Shown one piece after another: positions 10,567 through 23,050 of a DNA stretch of 64,000 nucleotides. The notes beneath the pieces were generated by a model. The model saw only the letters and a program-made list of their open reading frames with translations. It was not told the origin of the DNA and made no database searches. The translations under genes were made by a program, and so were the position numbers. The DNA is taken from the NCBI GenBank assembly GCA_965112155.1, contig OZ218104.1. One strand, written 5' to 3'. The stretch is from Podarcis liolepis. Its lineage: Eukaryota. Numbering within the stretch: position 1 is the stretch's first letter; the number at the start of each line of letters is the position of its first letter.

Positions 10567-13496
10567 TACTGTACTTGCTTTGTTTTCCTGCACCAAATTT
10601 CTGTTCAGTGAAGCTGTGATCTGCGCATGTGCAACAGCTGCCAGAAATGTACACACCTCATCTTAACTGTGCCAGAAGCTGGTCTGAGGGGCTATTGTAT
10701 ATGATCCATCAGCAGCAATCGTCAAGAAACTACAAGAATACTTAGGGATGGTAGCTGGCAATCAAACAGAGCACTGGCAGTGGAATAAATGGTAAATGTG
10801 TGCAGAGCCTCAGTGGCAGGTACTGTGAGTATGCTCAGAAGCACTCTTGTCTCTTCCAGAGATGTAGGCAATGCTAGTCTGTTGCAGCACTGTTCTGACA
10901 CTCTAATAACTGCGCCACACCGTTTCTCTCTCTCTCTATGACCTAAATTAGATAAGATGGGTTGCTAAACTTCAATATCATTGATTGGAAGAAGCTGGGA
11001 GTGGGGCTAGATCAAACATTTGCTCCCCCTTATGACCAGCTAAATGCTGGCTGTTACAGTGCCCAGGCAGCTCAATGGACCAGACTAGGAATAGCAAATG
11101 CAGGCAGCTACTAGGATTGTATGCTACCCCCCCCCACAAGCTATATTGGCACAATAATATAAATATAATACTAGTAATAATAAGTATTTGTTAGATTCCC
11201 AGCTCCATCACAATGTTTGCATGCCATCTTTACCAGGTGTTTCCCATTGGTCATCATTCTCACCTGTTCCCTTTCCTCCCACCTTATCATCTTGCGCCTG
11301 TGCTTCGGTGGTAGTGGTACAGTAGTAGTGGTATCCATGGGATACAGACTCCAATGGAAGTGGCAAAATTCCCTGCGCTTGTGGATGAAAACTGTGTTAT
11401 TGGAGGAGATTAAGCAAACCACAAACCTCACTCCCCATCCTAATTTTCAGACCAAAAGGCTCTGGCGTGCCAAAGTGTTTGGGGAGCAACGGGAAGATGT
11501 TGGAAGCCTATTAAGGAAAGTATAACCAAAAGGATTTTCTAAGGATTTTCAAGAGGAGTCCACTTTAAGATTTGCATGGCTCTTATAAGATTACCTCTAC
11601 AAGTCTACATGTACTCTGATTGGGATTAAAAATAATAATAATCTGCAGCAAGAAAAACTGAATTCTGCAACCTTATGCAAATTAGATAAATCTGTATAAC
11701 CATAGTTCGCATTATTTATTCTGTTTCTGCTCGTTACAGGAAGGGAGATGGAACTACAGAGGCCACTTGCTGACCACCGGAAAATTAATCAACTCTGTGG
11801 TTTTTGAGATTTAGCCAGGCATTGTCCATACACTCTCAAGCATATTATTGCAACCATGAGAACTAGATGGTTTTAAAAAGAAAAGAGCAAAAGCAGAGAT
11901 TCTCAGGAATTTCATACTGAATATGGAACCTGGTTGTTTTCTATGCTTGTGTGGAATGGGAACATACACACATTCTACCCAAAAGCACCCTTCCCCTGAA
12001 ATTCTGATAAGTTCAGCTTTCAATAGATGTTTTGGTTCTCGTATTGTTTTGGAAAGTGCAGATTTGATACATTCCACTTAGAATATGAATAAAAATTTTC
12101 CACCATCCCTAGTGGCGGGAGTTGGAATCCAGCAGCATCAGAATCCACCATGTTTTGTGGACTTCTCTTTACACTACAGCAGATGTGGGGAGAATCTTTG
12201 GCCCTCCAGTTGTTGCTGGACTCCAACTCCCATCAGCCAGCGTGGCTGGTGGCCATGGATGATGGGAGTTGTAGTCTAAGTCTAATAGCATCTGGAGGAC
12301 CAAAGGTTCTCCAGCTCTGGTTTGTAACAACGGTATGTCAAACTGAGCTGATCAGAAATACTGATGCTTTTGAGGAATAATTGCAAGTGGTCTGAAACAC
12401 TAGGAGTAGGGAGCCTTCCTCAAACAGTGCCTCTTGCTACACAACCAAGGTCCATTAAAAATTACTCAGGTGTGGTCAAGAGATCAGCCCTCTCTTTCTG
12501 GGCCTCTCTGACTTCTGTTTTTGGGCAGGAGCTGCTGTTATAGTAGCCTGTCCACTTCATTCCAGAAATCTGCTTGCTTGAAAAATGGGAGGGGGGATCA
12601 TTTGCGTGTGAAGAGGGTTAGGAGCAGGGAAACACTTTAGCTTAAACTGTAATACACTATGATGTGTGATAGACATTAACAAACAGAATCCCACATTAAA
12701 TTTAATTTCATTCCACTCTTCCTGCCCGGAGCGATTGTTCCCTTCATTTTCATTTTTCCCCTGAATTCCCACAACTCAGGCCTCTTTGAATTCCAGGTTT
12801 AATTAACAATGCTCATTAAATGAATTTTTATTCCTTTCTTTTAATATTACTCTGCCACCTGTCTTTAGACATTGAGGGCTGACTGTTTATTCTAATTTAT
12901 TTCTATTAAATATGGCATTAAAAGGAGCAATGAAAGCAGGGCGGGGGAGAGGCAGGGAAGGGGGGGGCGAAGGTAGAAGTGAAACCAGAGGAGCTATTCC
13001 TCCCTCCCTCCCTCCCTCCCCAGTTCCTGCTCTGTCTCTAACAAAGACAACCCAAAATGAATTTCAAGGACACAGTGCCGAAAGTTCTGTGGGATTGCAT
13101 TTGTTTTCCACCAGATCTGTTTCATTTGCTAAAATTGGATCAGACATGCTATATTTTGTAGGGATTTTCCACCTAATTCTTAAAGCCCATTGCTCATCTA
13201 GTAGTCTGTGTATGATTCCAATTCTCTTTTTACAGGGAAAGAGTCAGAACAATGCGGGGGGGGGGGCAACTCTGTGGGGAAAGAAAGGCTGCAGAGATGC
13301 AGCGATGTGGTTTGTTTTGTTTAAAAAGGCAGAGGTGGACCATGAGAAGGAACAAAAGCTAATACCGTTCTCTGCTCATCCTGATTTGTCACAACTGCCC
13401 CCACTTGCAATGGATCTTCCATATACAGGGGGAGGATATCGCTGAACTGGGATGAACAACAGGAGGAAGTCGTCGTCGTCATCATCATCATCATCA

Positions 13497-13817
13497 TTTA
13501 TTATTTATACTCTGCCCATCTGGCTGGGTTTCCTCAGCCACTCTGGGAGGCTTCCAATAAAATGTTAAAAATACAATAAATCATCAAACATAAAAAACTT
13601 CCCTAAACAGGGCTGCCTTCAAATGTCTTCCAAAAGTCAGAAAGTTGCTTATTTCCTTGACATCTGATGGGAGGGCGTTCCACAGAGTGGGTGCCACTAC
13701 CGAGAAGGCCCTCTGCCTGGTTCCCTGTAACTTTGCTTCTCGCAGTGAGGGAACCGCCAGAAGGCCCTCAAAGCTGGACCTCAGTGTCTGGGCAGAATGA
13801 TGGGGGTGGAGACGCTC
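13497..13817 (-). mobile_element. L2-type LINE 3' end
   Basis: Minus-strand peptide RAFSVVAPTLWNALPSDVKEI...FGRHLKAALF, then a 3'UTR with AATAAAT-type tail. Confidence 0.8.
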
Positions 13818-14003
13818 GACTTCATGTCCTACTTGTAAGTTGACAGAGACTGCTTGCTGACAGGAACTCAGTATTGGACTAGAAGGATCTTTGGTCTGCA
13901 CCAGCAAAGCAATTGTTGTGTTCCATCTGAATACAGTATTACAAAACATATTAGCAGGTTAGCAAGCTTAAGCAGTGGAAAAGATGAGAAGCAGGATGAT
14001 CCC

Positions 14004-14187
14004 AACCTGAAACTGTTCTTAACCTGAAGCACCACTTTATTTAGCTAATGCTGCTGCGCCACCGGAGCATGATTTCTGTTCTCATCCTGAAGCAAAGTTC
14101 TTAACCTGAGGTAATATTTCTGGGTTAGCGGAGTCTGTAACCTGAAGCATATGTAACCTGAAGCGTATGTAACCCGAGGTACCACTG
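14004..14187 (-). mobile_element. Family A MITE, truncated copy
   Basis: Same internal sequence as the other copies; one TIR (GAGGTACCACTG|TA). Confidence 0.8.
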
Positions 14188-14327
14188 TAATTGCATGCAA
14201 GCCATTCTTGGAGCCTTTTGGCCTAAGGAGTAAGAGTAAATATACTCTTAACAAACATTCTTGGGGATGGCCCAGTCATATATTTCTAATAGGAGACAGG
14301 ACTGGGTATTTGTTGTGTATGCTTATA

Positions 14328-14569
14328 CAGTGGTACCTTGGGTTAAGTACTTAATTTGTTCTGGAGGTCCGTTCTTACCCTGAAACTGTTCTTAACCTAA
14401 AGCACCACTTTAGCTAATGGGGCCTTCCACTGCTGCCGTGCTGCCGCCACACGATTTCTGTTCTCACCCTGAAGTAAAGTTCTTAACCCAAGGTACTATT
14501 TCTGGGTTAGCGGAGTCTGTAACCTGAAGCGTATGTAACCTGAAGCATATGTAACCTGAGGTACCACTG
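14328..14569 (-). mobile_element. Family A MITE, full copy
   Basis: TA|CAGTGGTACCT ... AGGTACCACTG|TA. Confidence 0.88.
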
Positions 14570-15073
14570 TATAGCACATCTTCCAAATGCCCAACACTGA
14601 GCAAATCCTTCCCATGTAGTCTGTGCAGAGGCGGAGCTAGCTGCTGCGGCACCTGAAGCGGCACACATGCTGTGCACCCGGAGGCGGGGCTAGCCACTTG
14701 TGGGGGCTGGGCTAGCATCCCAGGGGGCCAGGGGGCCGATGTCAACCCCCCCCCCCGATGACACCTGGGGCAGACCGCACCAACCGCACCCGCTTCCTCT
14801 GCCAATGAGTCTGTGACAACCCACAGTGCATCTGCCATAGCAACTGTGTCCATGGCAGTCTTGTGTTAAAAGGGGTTAATGCTTTGCCACCTCAGCCATG
14901 ATGTCCACCCCCCTTCTCCTGGCTGTGTTCATAAATGTAGCTGGGTGGCTGGGAAGGCTTGTGCAGTTTCCCATGTGAAAACCATACCAGTTTTTATTAT
15001 GGCATGTGTCCATGTAAACATGTAAGCTGCTTTACAGAGAATCAGACAGCAGCCTCAGGTGGACCGTTGCTTT

Positions 15074-15206
15074 GAATCACTGAATCATAGAGTTGGGAAG
15101 GAGCAGCCCGAGTCCAACTGCCTGCAGTGCAGGAATCTTTTACCCAACGTGGGGCTCAAACCCACAACCCTGAGATTAAGAGCATCAGGCTCCACCGACT
15201 GAGCTA
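15074..15206 (-). mobile_element. tRNA-Lys-derived SINE with CR1-type tail, second copy (tail-only pieces at ~26288-26361 and ~42424-42455)
   Basis: TAGCTCAGTCGGTGGAGCCTGATGCTCTTAATCTCAGGGTTGTGGGTTTGAGCCCCACGTTGGG then AAAAGATTCCTGCACTGCAGG. Confidence 0.8.
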
Positions 15207-15294
15207 TAAGAAGCTTCAGGCAGAAGCTCTGCACAGCCTGTCCGGAATGGAATTGGAGGTACTGATTTTGGTGAAACGTGTCAGCTTTCTATAA

Positions 15295-15317
15295 CATCAT
15301 CATCATCATCATCATCA

Positions 15318-15370
<53 letters not shown>
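15295..15370. repeat. Compound (CAT)n(TAT)n microsatellite
   Basis: Seen directly; abuts the Penelope remnant. Confidence 0.98.
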
Positions 15371-15373
<3 letters not shown>

Positions 15374-15870
15374 CTCTCTATATTAGACAAACAGGCCAAA
15401 TCCTATGCCGAAGGATAAATGGACATAAATCTGACCTCAGGAATCATAAGACAGAGAAGCCAGCAGGAGAACACTTCGGTCTCCCAGGACATTCAGTACA
15501 GGATCTCAAAGCAGCTGTCTTATTTCAAAAGAATTTCAGAAATAGACTTGAAAGAGAAGTTGCTGAATTACAACTTATTACTAAACTGAAAACTATGGAG
15601 AGACTTGGTCTGAATAGAGATATTGGATTCTTGTCTCATTACACATGCTAAAGCTATTTTTGGTCATCTGCATAATATACCTTGCTTTTTCCTGTAGGAC
15701 TAATTGCAGTCGTTAACAGTCGTCTACAGGTTTACCATACTCATTGAGTCAACCACCCATCTCCTACTACCCTTCTGGGGGGAAAACCCACCCCACCCTC
15801 CCACTATATATAAGGGTCTGGTTACTTCTGTTTCAGTGTATCTGAAGAAGCCAAGGTGCTACTGGACATT
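15370..15870 (+). mobile_element. Penelope-like element 3' remnant with GIY-YIG endonuclease C-terminal half
   Basis: Open frame 15370-15651: SALYIRQTGQILCRRINGHKSDLRNHKTEKPAGEHFGLPGHSVQDLKAAVLFQKNFRNRLEREVAELQLITKLKTMERLGLNRDIGFLSHYTC*. Confidence 0.88.
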
Positions 15871-16182
15871 TTAAATTTTTTTTTAATGTAATTCAATTTA
15901 TTATTAGTAGTAGTATACCAACCTTTATCCATAGATCCCAGCTTGAGTATATGAGCAGCCAGGTTGCCCATTTACATCATGTACAGCTGGGTAAGAAAAA
16001 TCTCAGGAGTGACTCTAGGGACTCAAGCAGAACTTGAGAGGAAAAATTCCTGTTTCCTCAGGGAGGGCAAGCCCTTTTTTAACATAAGAGTGACCCCTAG
16101 TGGCACACCCTAAGAAGTACCCTGTGTTTTCTTTCTCTATTTACTGCCCATCAGCACAATGCAACAACTATTCAGAGTAAAG

Positions 16183-16218
<36 letters not shown>

Positions 16219-16301
16219 CCCCCCCCCCCTCTCTCTCTTTCTCTCCCCCTCCCCCTTACCTGGGACTAAGCACCACAGAATTCAACAAGACTTACTTCCA
16301 A

Positions 16302-16681
16302 ATAGGGGGTATGGGGGAAATTCGATTCAGTTCACAGTTAAAGGCAAACATATCAAATTTGCACTTTCCAAAAACAATTTCCTTTGAAATTGGCACTTTG
16401 CTTGACTGGAGAGCTGTGTTTCCAAATTTTGCAATGTGTGCAAAAATGCATACATTAGGGTAAAGTGTGGATATAAATGCATTACGGTATATTAGCAGGC
16501 ATGGCTTACAAAAATGTGTGTATTTGTCAAAATACAAAAATGTGCTTATTAGAAGAAATGCACACAAATTGTAAAAAGGTTTTTTCCCCTTCTTAATGCA
16601 GATTGCTGCAGAAATGTGGAAAAATGAATTTAAGACTGGAGAAATGAGAGAACCACAGACTGACAGATTCATCTATCCCTG
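16302..16681. mobile_element. Old non-autonomous DNA-transposon-like repeat; inverted partial copy at ~11880-12112
   Basis: Shared TATCAAAT.TGCACTTTCCAAAA.CAAT segment in opposite orientations; TAGGG.../..ATCCCT ends. Confidence 0.5.
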
Positions 16682-19481
16682 CTTCTGAGCAGACCTGGTT
16701 TGGATTTCACTGTTAAGTTTCCTTAATCTACTTGCTCTCACTCTGCTCTTTCTATTCCTCCTCATTATTAAAGTACTGTCCTACTCATGTGAAAATACTT
16801 CATGTGAAATACTCATCTCTGATAATAGCACCAGGGTGACTTGCCCAAGAGAACAAGAAAATAAGATGCAGAAGAATTATACTGTCAATGAGAAATGCCT
16901 TTAGTCCCAGAAATGTCTATAGCCACAAAGTTGACTGATATTGTGGCGGTGAGATGGACACATAGTGGGGGGCAAAAGAAGACAGTCCGAGACAGGAAAA
17001 ATGTAAAGCAGGGATGTGGAACTTGTGCGCCCACTGGGATCCCCAGGCTTCTCACCCCTGTTCTGGACAGTAAAGGGTTACCAAGTAGTGGAATGACTCC
17101 ATCACCCAAGCTTGCCATAGTTGTCCTTTAAAGGATGGCCAAGGCTTCCTGTAGGGCTGGGAATTTGCCTGGGCAATAGCAGCCTTTGTTGCCTCTTGAA
17201 TTGTTTTCCAGTTCTGCCCCCAGGGCGATACACCGCCTTACACATTAAACTGATTCAGAGGTTGTTCCTTCCCATAAATGAAATTACATTGCATGCCTAG
17301 AAAAGAAGGCAGCCTAAAAAGGTTATTATAGGCATGACTGTGTGCAGCACTGTTCTCATGAGCAGGAAGTGATATGGGAACAGGTATGTAGTAAAGATAC
17401 ACCTTGAGCTGGTTATTCATGTATAATCTTCTTTAGGAACAAAATAAAAGCTGCTTTATAAAGCCATTCCGCTGGTCCGCCCAGCTGCATTGTCTATTCT
17501 GACAGGCAGAAGCTCTCCTAGCGAAGGTGATCCCATCCTTTAAAGCCGGATCTCAAACCTGGGATGTTCCAAATGCAAAGCAGGTGCTTAATCCCTGAGC
17601 TATGGCTCTTCTCCTCCAGGCAAAGATTATGGAACAAGGATGCTCTTTGCCAGGTTGTACCAGTGCACCTGGCACTGTGATACTGCATCCACCAGCTTGA
17701 GGAAGAGCTTAAAGGCAGAGAAGTCAACTGAACCATTTGTTGGAATCCATCTGTCTCAAGAGACAATAGAGTGCGCCTCCAGGGGTAGTCAAACCGCTGT
17801 CCTAGCAGCACTGAAGTGACCAAGCCTGGGAAGTGTGTATGGAGGTCCTGGGCTGCCCAGATAACAAGACCACCACCCCTCAGCCTCACTGATGTGGTCT
17901 AAAGCAGCCTTTCTCAACCTGTGGGTCCCCAGATGTTGTTGGACTACAACTCCCATCACCCCTAGCAAAGCCAGAGCTCAGGGAACTATCTTCCCAGGCT
18001 GAGTCTAATCTGCCCCTTAGTTCCCTCTACAGCACATGAAGAAACTGCCTCCTTGACCATTGACTCACTTGACTATTGGTCTTGTCCACTCTATCTGCTG
18101 GTGTCTGTCTTTGTTTGCAGGGGAAGTCCCTAACTTACAATGGGTTTGAGACCCACTGGCTACCCTTACCTGCTTTAGCCGACCAGTCAAATCCGTTCCC
18201 AGGCTGTGGATGCTGTTACATTTGACACCTGCTAGGAGCTACAGGTGAGAGCTGAGAGCACGGTGAGGACCAATGGTGGCCAAACTACCCCTGGAGTATG
18301 ACGTGTCCCCCACCAGAGCTACTACCCCTCACCTAACATCCCATGAACCCGTCAGCTGAACCACAACTCCCACATCACAATGCCTACCCAGGGCTCTGAA
18401 CACATTGCATCCCCATAGGTGCTTCTTGGTACTGAGGCGGAATATTTTAACTGAGAAATAAAGGACCTTGCTTGAACTTCCCTCAATCGGGGGGGGGGGC
18501 AGAAAAGAGGCAGCACAGTGCTTCCTGCACTCACAAGTACACACAGGTCTGTGATTAGGAGCAAGAGCAGCGCTATTTAAAAGGTTTTATAGGCTTGGAT
18601 GGGAGATGGCTGCCTTCATCTGCCGCTGAGAACCTGCACGTCATCTCGGTGAGTCCAAGAGTGTCAATGGCCCTTTTGTCCCACTTCATACCACCAGTGC
18701 ATAAATGAGAAAGAAATAGTCTGTGACCAGAACGCTGAGAAGACTGTACCTGCTTTGTAAAAGGACTTTTCTTCCCATAAAGTTGAATTTTGCTTGAAGA
18801 ACCAACCGGCACCAGCCTCATAAAGCTGCCCAACTGGCGTAAAGACAACGGCCAGATAGGCCATACTTTTCTCCATTAATTGCTGAGTGAATGCCAACCA
18901 CTCTGCCCTCACTTTGTAGGTTCGCAGTAGGGAGCTGCTACCCAACAGATCAGATGGATCTGGATCAGGGCTTGTGGCCATCCATGGACTGGCTGGACTC
19001 TAACTCCCATCAACAAGCATGGCCAAGGGGTTAGGGATGATGGGAATTGTAATCCAAGCCAACCCTGGAGGCTCTCCAGCCACCCGACCCAGAGACACAC
19101 CACAGAAAATTCCTTATCAAAGCAAATTTCAAGGCAGACTAAAGATCAGTAACTAATATGTATTGCTTTGGGAGAGGCCCATCAATGGCTACTAGCCATG
19201 TCCAGAATCACTGGGACGTCGAATATTTGCTGCTATGGATGAACTGCAAAGGGTTGAGACCTCCATGCCCTGCTTGTGAACTCTTCGTAGGACATCTGGT
19301 TGGCCACTGCTGGAGACAAATACTGAACTAGAGGAACCTTTGATTTGACACAGTAGGGCTCTCCCTCCCTCTCCCTTCTGCTTCACAGGGATTACAGGAG
19401 GGAATGAGAGGAAAGGCGATGCTTGCTTCCAGCAGACACCCATTTGGTGAACAAGACCCACATGTCAGTAAGAACCAGGCA

Positions 19482-19508
19482 TTTATTACAAGACAAAGCA
19501 CTTTTATT
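19482..19508 (-). terminator. Tandem AATAAA polyadenylation signals, probable NCDN 3' end (~1.25 kb 3'UTR)
   Basis: TTTATT at 19482-19487 and 19503-19508 (AATAAA on minus), followed on the minus strand by GT/T-rich sequence. Another AATAAA at ~20027-20032 is an alternative. Confidence 0.55.
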
Positions 19509-20746
19509 TACTGAACTGTAAACACCAAGATATTAAGCCAAGGCCACAGCTTCAGGGGCTAATCCAGCCTCCAACTCATGAACATAATATTTACTGGCTG
19601 CATGCAAGAGCCTACATGCGGAGTAATACAGAGAAGCGAAAAACAAGCAAACATTTAACACTCCGGAGAGTACAGATCCCAATACTATATATTTGGCCCC
19701 GGAAATCCCTCTTCCTTGAAATGCAGTTGATTCAAAAGGGAGTCAATTCTTTTTAACAGCAAAATAGCTTGCACCCTCCCCCTCCTTGCCTGCCCCATCT
19801 CCCCGCACAGGGCCATCTAATGCCAGCAGCCACGTGGGAGCAGGCAGGCAAGCAAAGGAGACCTTGGTCATGCTCCAACTGGGGGTGTCATCACTCCAGT
19901 TAACAGAGTAAACTTCCTCCCCAGTTGTTTTAATCACATTTAAACTGTCCCTGCTTTTTTTAAAAAAATTGTAAGCCACCTTGGTGTTTTGTTTTGTTTT
20001 GTTTTGTCCAGAAAGGCAGGTACAAATTTATTAAATAAAGACATCAGCTACCATGTGGGAAGGATCCCAAAGGCTTGTATGTTGTTCAATACTGTTTCAC
20101 TGTGATTTTATCAATGTACTTCAATGTTACGTGTAAGCTGCCTAGGAAGAATTTGTATCCTTAAAAATTGAATATTCAAATAAATAAATAAATAGGTAAA
20201 TAAATAGTATCCTCAAGAAAAGAGCTCCAACAATGGCACAGTCCTGAGGTAATCAATAATTAGATGGCCAGAAGTCTATCCAGTATGCCCTTCATAAGTG
20301 CATTACTTAAGTCTACCCTGAAGCCTGATTAAGGTAGCAAAAGGACACCTTGGAAACAATCACTATACATAGTTAAAAACATTCCTTCCCTTCCACGCTA
20401 GAATGCCGCCAAAGTTCCTTTAGCATTTGTTTACTCTCCCCTCTAGAGGAAAACTAGCTTTTTCCACAGTGCATTAGAGTCAACTGAACAGCACTAACGT
20501 GCACTGGCATACATTTGTGCAATTGTTTCATGTTACTCTACGATATCACAGAGAGCTAGGACACATGCTTTATGAGACATCATATTTTGTTTTAAAACTT
20601 TGTGCAGCCATCTGGGAAGAGGTGCCCGACACATCCCATGCCCTACTGATTAAGAAGATCATCCATCTGCATGAAACAGGATGATAAAAAACTGCTTCAG
20701 GGAAAACATTTCCCCCCACCCGACCACAACGTGTTCTGAGCACTGC

Positions 20747-21183
20747 TCACTGCTCAGAGAGACATTGTTCCAAGGCAGCCATGCCATACAGGCTGGCCAT
20801 TTCCAAACCCCGGTGCTGTTGGATCATCTCCAAACACGGCTGGCTAGCTCGGGCCAGCTCCACCAGGATGCCTTGGAAAGCACGGACAACTTCCAAGTCT
20901 ACGGACGACGGCGCCACGCGGCCCAGCAAGGCCAGCAGCTCCTGAAGCCAGCCGGAGCGCAGGACGTCCTGCGGCAGCCACAGGAAGAGGGGCACGCAGC
21001 TAGCGAAAGCCTGCATGCCCAGAAACCACAACTCACGGATGGCTGGCCAGGCCGCCTTATAGGTTGGAGAAACGCTCATGGTCACCTTCTCCCCGTCGAG
21101 GTCAGTCTGGGCCACGTGGGCTTCTGCCAGGAAGCGGATGGCAGCATCAAAGAAGCCCTCAGATTCTGGAGTCCCCTGCAGAC
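20747..21183 (-). CDS. NCDN: Neurochondrin last coding exon (GLQGTPESEGFF...MAALEQCLSEQ*)
   Basis: ctcag|GT CTG CAG GGG ... TGA at 20749-20747; C-terminus MAALEQCLSE is neurochondrin-like. The six exons sum to 2151 nt = 716 aa + stop. Confidence 0.96.
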
Positions 21184-21289
21184 CTGAGTGAAAAAGAAAG
21201 GAGGAGAAAGGGAGGAAAAAAGAGAGATAGAGAGAGGTAATGTGGGCATTCACCAACAACATATGCTTCCTTGCAAGGTCTGGGAAGGT

Positions 21290-21576
21290 ACAGGAAGCAG
21301 TGATGGTCACTGACTTGGATGGCTTCCGAAGAGGATTAGGCAAATTCATGGAGGAGAGTGCTATCAATGGATACCAGCCAGGATGGCTATACTCTGCTTC
21401 TACAGCTGGAGGCAGAAAATGGTTCTGAATACCAGCTGATGGAAGCTGCAGGAAGGGAGAGGGCTCTTGTGCTCGAATTCTGCTTGCTGGTTTCCCACAG
21501 GTGCCTGGTCGGCCTCTGTGTGGCTTGGATGCTGGACTACTGGCCAGATCCATCAGTCTCTTCTTAGGTTCTTATG
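21290..21576 (+). mobile_element. CR1-type LINE 3' end in the last NCDN intron; related pieces at ~9358-9565 (-) and ~19170-19360 (+)
   Basis: Peptide QEAVMVTDLDGFRRGLGKFMEESAINGYQ (CR1 ORF2 C-terminus) followed by GGATGCTGGACTA..TGGCC.GATCCA 3'UTR. Confidence 0.75.
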
Positions 21577-22907
21577 GCATTGCCTTCCTACTACTTCCTC
21601 AGGTTGAAACCCCTCTAGGAATATTTTAACTTGAGCCAGGCCAGTACAAAGAAGAGACCTGAGTTTCCCCCCATGACCCCTTCCTTGGTCAGTTTTCAAA
21701 ACTGTTTCCTGAATAGGCCCAGAAGTGGTACGCCACCCCCTCCCTTTTCAGGTGACACTAATCAGAACTGATTGCAGGAGTACATTCAGTGTCATAACAG
21801 GGTTCACCATTGTAAGATGCAGTCCCAGCCTTTTGCCTGGGAGGCCTGGGGCCAGACTCAGCCATGACTCTCACTGGCTGACCTCAGGACTAGCCAGTGA
21901 CGCCGGGTATAGGAGGAGGAGGCTTCAGCTCCCCCAATATTGAGGGGGCCATCACCCCCTGACACTGCTGCGCACTCTCTGCACACCTCAGCCTCTGCCT
22001 AGCAGCCAGGCCAGGGGGGGGGATGAGCAAGCGCAGAGATAGCCCTCCGCACGTCCCGCCCCCACCCAGTACCCGCCGGGCAGCATCACCCCTGGGACAA
22101 GCTGCTCTTTTCCATCTTAATTTACCTCACAGTGCTGCTGCAAGGACAGAATGGGCTAGCACCTCCATGTGCATTATGCCTAGTTTTTCGGAGGAGGGAA
22201 AGATACAAACTTAATACTTAAAATAAGTACATTTTAATTAGCCCAACTGGGATGGCTGTGTGGGCTTTGGGCCACTTGCTGTGCTGAGTGATCAGCAGCT
22301 TATTCTGAGGGAACTGCCTCTGTGAGGCTTCTCTTGCTTGCACCCTCTCATCCCAGCTCTTTTCCTTCTCATTTGACTCCCCATATAATTAGAGCGCACT
22401 GTTTGTCAATTCCCAACTCGGGAGGGTAGTGGAGGAGGAAAAAGAGTGTCTCATGTTGGGCAACTCAAGAAAGAAAACGATACTATACGGAGTTGCCATG
22501 GAGATGGATGGTAATGAACCACTTGTCTGCCCACACAGGCCTAGCTTTCACTGAGCTAATAAGCCTGTGCCTGGGCTATACCACTTCAGGCTACTGCGGG
22601 GGTGCTCGCATGCTGTTCTATGCAAAAACAAAAAACCCAAAATAATCCCCACACAGTGAAAAACTAGTGCATCAGGGAGGAGGTTTGGCTAGAACCCTTC
22701 TCTTATGATGTGCTGGTTTTCTACATGAAAGGGTTTTGGCCTTTTGTTTTGTAAGGACAGCATTCAGGTCATGTGGGCACACACCTGCACTCTGAAGAGG
22801 TACAGCCTAGCAACAGATTTGCCGCTGAAGAAAAACTAGGGCATGGTTACATTTTGTTGACTTCCTACTCAGTTTTGGCAGTGGAAGCTGACAGCGCTAT
22901 TTCTTGC

Positions 22908-23050
22908 CTGGGTAAGCAAACAGCCTCTTGGACATCATGAGTCCCAGTGTTGCCACATTGGCTGTCAGGCCGAGATGTTCTCTCTGTGGCAGCAGAGAAG
23001 GAAGGGACTTCAGCAATGTGTCCATCAAGGTCGCAAAGCAATCTTCTCGG
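22908..23050 (-). CDS. NCDN: Neurochondrin coding exon 5 (REDCFATLMDTL...ANVATLGLMMSKRLFAYP), ends in a GC donor
   Basis: 143 nt, ctgcag|CCG ... CCAG|gcaaga; phase 2 to 1 is what joins the last exon in frame. Confidence 0.9.

Noticed and set aside
12912-13445. 177-aa plus-strand ORF
   Set aside because: No recognisable domain, runs through low-complexity G and CCCT tracts, and has no supporting exon structure; more likely regulatory DNA.
15143-15206. tRNA-Lys(CTT) gene
   Set aside because: The 5' acceptor stem is missing, the anticodon stem and B-box are mutated, and it continues into a CR1-type tail; it is a SINE head (same for 10116-10159).
20681-21187. 168-aa plus-strand ORF, and similar antisense ORFs at 26.6-28.5 kb and 53.2-53.9 kb
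   Set aside because: Shadow frames of real exons on the opposite strand.
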